Positions 57,191 through 64,000 of a stretch of 64,000 bases of DNA are shown here, piece by piece. Under the pieces are notes generated by a model, which was not told the DNA's origin, did not search any database, and saw only the letters and a list, made by a program, of their open reading frames with translations. Source of the stretch: the human T2T-CHM13v2.0 reference genome, Homo sapiens. The DNA is taken from the NCBI RefSeq assembly GCF_009914755.1, contig NC_060942.1, one strand, 5' to 3'. Made by a program: the position numbers and the translations under genes. The stretch's first letter is position 1. Every line of letters starts with the position of its first letter.

Positions 57191-57353
57191 AAGGGGCTCT
57201 TGCAGCCAGATGCGGATCAGAGTGGCCAGAGTGTAGTACATCACCAGCAGGAGGATAGGGTTGGCGTGGTGGTACCACGACAGGTCCGGGTTCACTATGA
57301 TCTTCCAAGTACTTGAACAGTCCGTTTGAATTACTGACTTGATACCAAACAAC
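57191..57353 (-). CDS. PIEZO2: PIEZO2 coding exon (~ex8), (R)LFGIKSVIQTDC...IWLQEPL
   Basis: taacag|GTTG acceptor, CTT|gtaagg donor; 163 nt, phase 2-0. Confidence 0.96.
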
Positions 57354-58167
57354 CTGTTAAAAAACAAAGAAAAATGCTTAAAAGATGCAATAAGCTATAT
57401 GTCTCCAACATTGAATAAAAGTACTTTGTTTTTGATACATTCGTGAGCTATTCCTAGGTTGATCCGTTCTATTGTAGATATTTCAATTACCCTTCTGTAT
57501 ACGTAATTACATATTTAAAGAATATATGTGGACATGTATGTATAATATGCATATAATATATACATTCAGTAATCATATGTGTATGTATAAAATTGACATC
57601 AACATTAACCAGAAGATCTTTACATCAGTTCAAAAATCCAGTTAATACTAAATTCTTGCACATCTATTAGAAATGTTTTAATTATTAATCAGCCCTATTA
57701 AAACCCTGTATTATAGAAATGCCAAGTATGTGGTAACATGTTACTAGTCCAGCTAAATGAGCAAATATTTTGTTTTTGGCTAGGTTCAGCATTAGTTGTA
57801 CTCAGCTAGTGTTGACATTATTGGGCTAGTTCTACAGTTTAGCCATGAAAGTCAAATATTATACAGTAAAATTTCTGTAAGATATATTTCTATCAAATAC
57901 CATTTATGAGCAATTTGATTTTTTCAAAGCATAGTAACTAATCATTTTCTTTGAAATATGACTTTGAGTCTGTTACATTTTGAAATGTTTAATTTTTATG
58001 CTGATTTCTACTAATCAGAATGTGTCTGATTATATAATGGAAAACAGTGTAAAATATGACTCATTTAGAAATTCATTTTGATGGGCAATTTTTCTAAGAA
58101 AAGACTCTACTAAATGCATAAAACTTTATAGGTTAAGTGAGTTTCATACCTTTCTACTGTTTGCATC

Positions 58168-58473
58168 TTTTATTTATTTTTTGTTTTTGAAATGGGGTCT
58201 CGCTCTGTCACCCAGGCTGGAGTGCAGCAGCATGATCACAGCCCACTGCAGCCTTGAGTGCCTGGGCTCACATGATCCTCCTGCCTTGGCCTCCCAAGTC
58301 GCTAGGAACACAAGGGTATGCCACCATACCCAACTATTATTTTTTTAATTACTTGTAGAGACAAAGTCTCATTATGTTGCCCAGGCTGGTCTCGAACTCC
58401 TGAGCTCAAGTGATCCTCCCAAGTTAGTCTCCAAAAGTGCTGGGATTACAGGTGTGAACAATTGCACCCAGCC
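58168..58473 (-). mobile_element. AluJ-like
   Basis: 'catgatcacagcccactgcagccttg', 'ctcaagtgatcctccc'. Confidence 0.9.
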
Positions 58474-59294
58474 TCTTTGCAACTTTTATATGTGAATTTC
58501 CTTTCATTTTTATCTTACATTCTTCAGTTATAGAATCTTCAAAGGCTGCATGCCTTCCACTTGTAAAATCTCTCAGGGTGAATGCTGTTTTCTATCACAA
58601 TGCAAGTGTAATATTAGTGTATTGATGAACACAGATTTTAAAGTAAGCTAAATAGATATTAAACTAACTTTCTTCATTTTTATCAGAAATAAATAAGTTA
58701 TGTCATAACTTGTTCTTATTATAAAATCTTTTTATCTTAAGTTCCAGACAGATTTATTTTTGGAGTTAGCATTTTAAATAACAATTTCCTGAGTGAAAAA
58801 AGTTATGTCCCACTTAGAATGGTAGAACTTTCTGAAAATGTTTTTGCAGCCCTAGATTAAAATGTAAATTTCTTGTATAAAGTACACAGAACTGAAAGCT
58901 TTTCGATGTAAAATCAGACAAGCTAGATAGTCTCTTGGGTTAATCTAAGTGACAGCTCTTCCAGCCGCTGAGTCCTTCTCCTTGCTCCACGCCTGGCACA
59001 TATGCTAGAACTAACCTCATCAACTCTCAGTTTAAAAATACTTGTTTTGTCCCTTACAGAATTTTAATTGTAATTTTCTGTAGCTGTTGGTAAAGCGAAC
59101 TAAATGCTTCATATCATATAGACATTACATACCTTGCCACTGATATCATAACTGATTCCAAACTGATTTTGCACATTCCTACACTAACACTGAATAATAA
59201 GACTTAGATTTTGTATTAGCAATGTATAGACCTAAAAAAATGAGCAGAAGCTAACCAGTAGCAGATTGTTGTCTCCTACAGGAACGTTTTTTAA

Positions 59295-59653
<359 letters not shown>

Positions 59654-61874
59654 TCTCTCTCTCTCTTTTTTTTTTCTAAAGAAACTAGATACTGTTGAAA
59701 GGATTCATATGTGAGATGAGAAATTTGTACTTGAAGTTCACATCCTTTCTGGCACTGCAATTCTAGGATACTACACAGCATCCAACAATTATTTAATTTA
59801 CTCAATGTTTGTTTCCCAGGATTGCATCTTGATACTCACAGTACAAAGAAACTGATACTATTGCACCTGCTCTCCAGGAACTACTCTGTCTACACTAAGG
59901 CCATGTGCTAGCTTGGACAGAGCAAGGTGTCACAGAAACCCTCTCTTTCAGTGGGTGGTGGGGATGGGTACTCCTCCTGACTGTCTTAAATCTCTCCATA
60001 GAAATATCTCTTCGCTTGAGAAGTATACAATGACACAATTACAGAGCAGCACATCCCAATGTACTGCTTATTTGGAAATAAAAAGGTAAAGATGAAGCTT
60101 TTCTCTTTCATGCATTTGGAACATCTTCTGTTTATCTTTGATCCTAGGCCCGATTCTACTGATAATGTATACAAATGTATTTGGTAAATGACTCGATGTC
60201 TGAGCTTTCACTTCCTAATAAAATCTAATAATGTTGATGGGTGGGGTGAGGACGCAAGTATATGAAAAAGAAAGGACAGTTTTTAGAAGATTTTATGTTA
60301 AATACTTAAGAACTCACAGATTCTATTTCCCAAAAGATAGCTGAAGATAGGTCCCCAAGAGATGATCAGTCCCCAGTAGAGACACATCAGACCCTTGGGG
60401 CCCACACTCCCACTTTGGAACCTGGTCTGTCTGCATTGCTGTTTCATGGCCAGCATTTCTGTCCACAGAACACATCCTTACTTCAATTATTATGCCAAGG
60501 GCAGTCTCCCTACCTCTAATTTCTCTTCTCTGCACATTGTGACAGCTGCCAGAGTTTCCTTGGGGAAGCTCATGTTCTCTACGCCACCCTCCTCATCCTA
60601 CTCCCTACTCCCCCATTTCCTGGAGAAAAGCCCTGAGTCCCAGAAAAGCACCCCTGAGGTCTTCAGCAACCTGGTCCCCTTTTCTTTCTCCCAGACAAAA
60701 ACCTTGGCTCTGCTAGATTATTTGGGGTTTACCATAAAATCTCAATCCCTTTGGTGTTGCTATTCCTCGTTTTACCAGGAGGCTTTTCAGTAGCTATGAC
60801 TTTTCTGGAGTCCCCAAATCAAGAATTGGGGGTATATGTACCAGGTGAGCTTTACCCACTCCTTGGCAATGAAGATCCAAGAAATAGGACAGGCAGAGCT
60901 TCATAGACTCTCTGATACCTCTTAGGATAACACCAGCCCCCAACTCCAACTGCAATCCCATAATATGTGCATGTCACTGTATTCCTTCCAGATACCTCAA
61001 TCATTCCAAAATATTACAGGGGTCACACAGGATACCAGCTGTTCAGGATGCATAATTACATTACATCCATGGCCTATCATCTGAACCTTCATGCTAATTT
61101 ATGATAATTAAGTTTTGTCGTAAGCATTGGTTCTTCATCATTCTTTCCTTCAGGCCTGATATTCCTTATAGTTAATATTCACCAATACCCTGAAGCCATT
61201 TCCCAGCACACTTCATTCACGTTTCTTCCTATCTCTTTGTTGTCGCTGGTTGTTAATATCCTTGGCATCATCTAGGTCTAGTTCCAAAGTCACCATCGCC
61301 GGGAAATGTCTATGATTTCTCCTTCTTAGATTCAGTTTTCCCTATGCCTCCACAACAATGATATTTGTAGTCATAATTTGAATTTCTGCTATTTTTAGTT
61401 TACGTGCTTGTTTTGCTGCCCGTTTTTATTCTAACGCCTTCCAAAAAGGGTGTATGTCTTGTCACCTTGCGTTTATGGCAGTGCTTAGGGTACGGAAGGT
61501 TTTAAAGGTAAGTTTTTTTAACTGAATTAAATACACTAAGAGTAAGTAGGTGATCACGGTTACGGTAGGAGCAGAGATTAACAGATGGAAAAGTTACTGC
61601 TTTTAAAAAAGAGAGAAAGGTAAGAAACTGTAGATATACAAACAAATTCTGGAATTTTCAGAGAAAAATCACTGCTGCTTGAATCTCAACATCCATGATT
61701 TTAGTGCCCCACTTTAGGAAATAAGAACACAGAATAAGAGGGTAACAAAGGCAACAAAAGTGCACTTTTATTTACCTAAAGTGTATCTTAGGTCATACAT
61801 AGCAGAGAGTTATTTTTGTTCTCTACTGGCTATTAACAAACATTTTGAACTTTACCTTCTGAATGAAGCAATAA

Positions 61875-62217
<343 letters not shown>

Positions 62218-62380
62218 AACACTAGTGTTTTTAAACTGAGAATCCAGGTTTATAATGAAGAAACAATGAGACTCAAATATCCAATGGTAACAAAATATGA
62301 AGCAAGCCTGAATGATTCCAAGATCCTTCAACTGCACTTTACTCAGACTACTACGAATAAAAATTCATTCCATGCTTTGT

Positions 62381-62618
62381 TGTTCTCACTTGTAAGTGGG
62401 AGTTAAACACTGAGTACACACGGACACTAAGAAGGGAATAACGGGACACCGGGGCCTACTTGAGGGTGAGGGTGGGAGGAGGGCGAGGATGTAAAAAACA
62501 CTCATCGGGTACTATACTTATTACCTGGGTGATGAAATCATCTGTATACCTGCAACACGCTATTTATAGATATAACAAACCTGAACATGTACCTCTGAAA
62601 CTATAATAAAAGTTATTA
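62381..62618 (+). mobile_element. 5'-truncated L1PA-type 3' end
   Basis: 'tgttctcacttgtaagtgggag...tacctgggtgatgaaat...aacaaacctgaacatgtacc...aataaaagt'; 22-bp TSD. Confidence 0.88.
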
Positions 62619-63014
62619 AAAAATTCATTCCATGCTTTGTGATGAAAGAGGACATCGCGACATCAGGAAGGGTTGCTCATCGCAGCACTGTGATGAGTCT
62701 TCCCCCTGAGGTCCAGCGCACGGTTCATTCTTTCGGCTCTGGGGGCCTCCATGGACTCATTATAGCTGTCCCTCCACTCCTCACGGAGCACTTACTTGCA
62801 CGCTTTTCTCTCTCTCTGAAGCACTCATAACATCTGACAACATGCGGTGGTTATGAATTGGCAGGGCACTTGTTTCTGCTCGCACATGTTGGCAGATTTA
62901 TAAAACCTCCACCTGTTTTCAGGTGTGCTCCAGACCACATCTGCTCCGTCTCTGGTAATACAGGATCCCAGCCATTGGCAAGAAATACGTAATACTGAAA
63001 ATAGCAGCACACTT

Positions 63015-64000
63015 AAAAAATGTTTATTTGAGGCAAAATACACATAACATAAAGCTGATTATTTTAAACTTTTTTTTTTTTTTCTTGAGACGGAGTCTCA
63101 CTCTGTCACCCGGGCTGGAGTGCATTGGGCCTCTGCTCACTGCAACCTCTGCCTCCCCGGCTCAAGTGATTCTCCTGCCTCAGCCTCCGGAGTATCTAGG
63201 ATTACAGGCACGCGCCACCACGCTCAGCTAAGTTTTTGTATTTTTAGTAGAGAAGGGATTTCACCATGTTGGCCAGGCTGGTCTCCAACTCCTGACCTCG
63301 TGATTTGCCCGCCTGGGCCTCCCAAAGTGCTGGCATTACAGGAGTGAGCCACCGCGCCCGGGCCATTTTAAACATTTTTAAGAACACAGTTCAGTGGTAT
63401 TAATTACACTCATATTGTTGCGAAACCAATCGCCAGAACTTTTTCATCTTGCAAAACTAAAATTCTGTACACATTAAATAAAAACTCCCTATTCCCTTCT
63501 CCTCCCAGGCCCTGGAAACCACCATTGTACTTTCTAAATCTGTGAATTTGACTACCTGGTACCTTATTTAGTGGAACCATCCAATATTTGTCTTTTGTGA
63601 CTGTCTTATTTTACGTAGCATGATGGCCTCAAGGTTCATTCATGTTGTAGCATGTGTCAGAATTTCCTTCCACTTTAAGGCTGAATACATAAATATATAC
63701 ATATGTATGTCCCATTTGTTTATTCATCTGTTGATGGCACTTCCACCTTCTGACTATTGTTCATAACGCTGTTATGAACATGGGTGAACAAATATCTCTT
63801 CAAGACCCTGTTTTCAATTCTTTTCTATATATAGCCATAAGTGAAATTGTTGGATCGTATGACCATTCTATTTTTAATAGAGAAACTGCTCCGGTTGTTT
63901 GAGGAACTGGTATACTGTTTTCCATCAGTGCTGCCCGATTTTACATTCCCACCAGCAGTGCACAGTCTTCCAGTTTCCCTATAGCCTTGCCAAGTCTTGT
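63015..64000 (-). mobile_element. Old L1 (L1M-type) 3' fragment interrupted by an Alu
   Basis: 'tttatttgaggcaaaatacacataacataaa...aggttcattcatgttgtagcatgtg...ttttacattcccaccagcagtg'. Confidence 0.85.
63070..63365 (-). mobile_element. Alu (S-like)
   Basis: Dimer; TSD attttaaac. Confidence 0.92.

Noticed and set aside
62790-62996. Possible cryptic sense exon (ttttcag acceptor near 62995, gtaagt donor near 62790)
   Set aside because: Not part of the known peptide path; such site pairs are common in long introns and cannot be supported without RNA data.

Overview
Human (primate) genomic DNA inside the mechanosensitive ion-channel gene PIEZO2, transcribed on the minus strand. I read 22 coding exons by hand with their splice sites; by my count these are about exons 8-29 of the long isoform, and the numbering is inferred. 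Their phases join into one open frame from ...RLFGIKSVIQ to ...VKGYQM. Three are short frame-preserving cassette exons (39, 42 and 33 nt) absent from the ORF track. One intron has a GC donor, one exon has a rare GAG acceptor, and one has a NAGNAG acceptor. The introns hold about 21 Alus, L1/L2/MIR fragments, Tigger and Charlie DNA-transposon relics, an MLT1 LTR and several tandem or low-complexity repeats. No new protein-coding system is supported. The best candidates for undescribed biology are splicing-control structures: an array of about 15 copies of an exon's own 5' splice site, a branch point complementary to the donor of the 39-nt microexon, a 1.85-kb YCAY/pyrimidine tract, and an orientation-polarised Alu layout. 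All functional readings are inference. Repeat boundaries and subfamilies are by eye.
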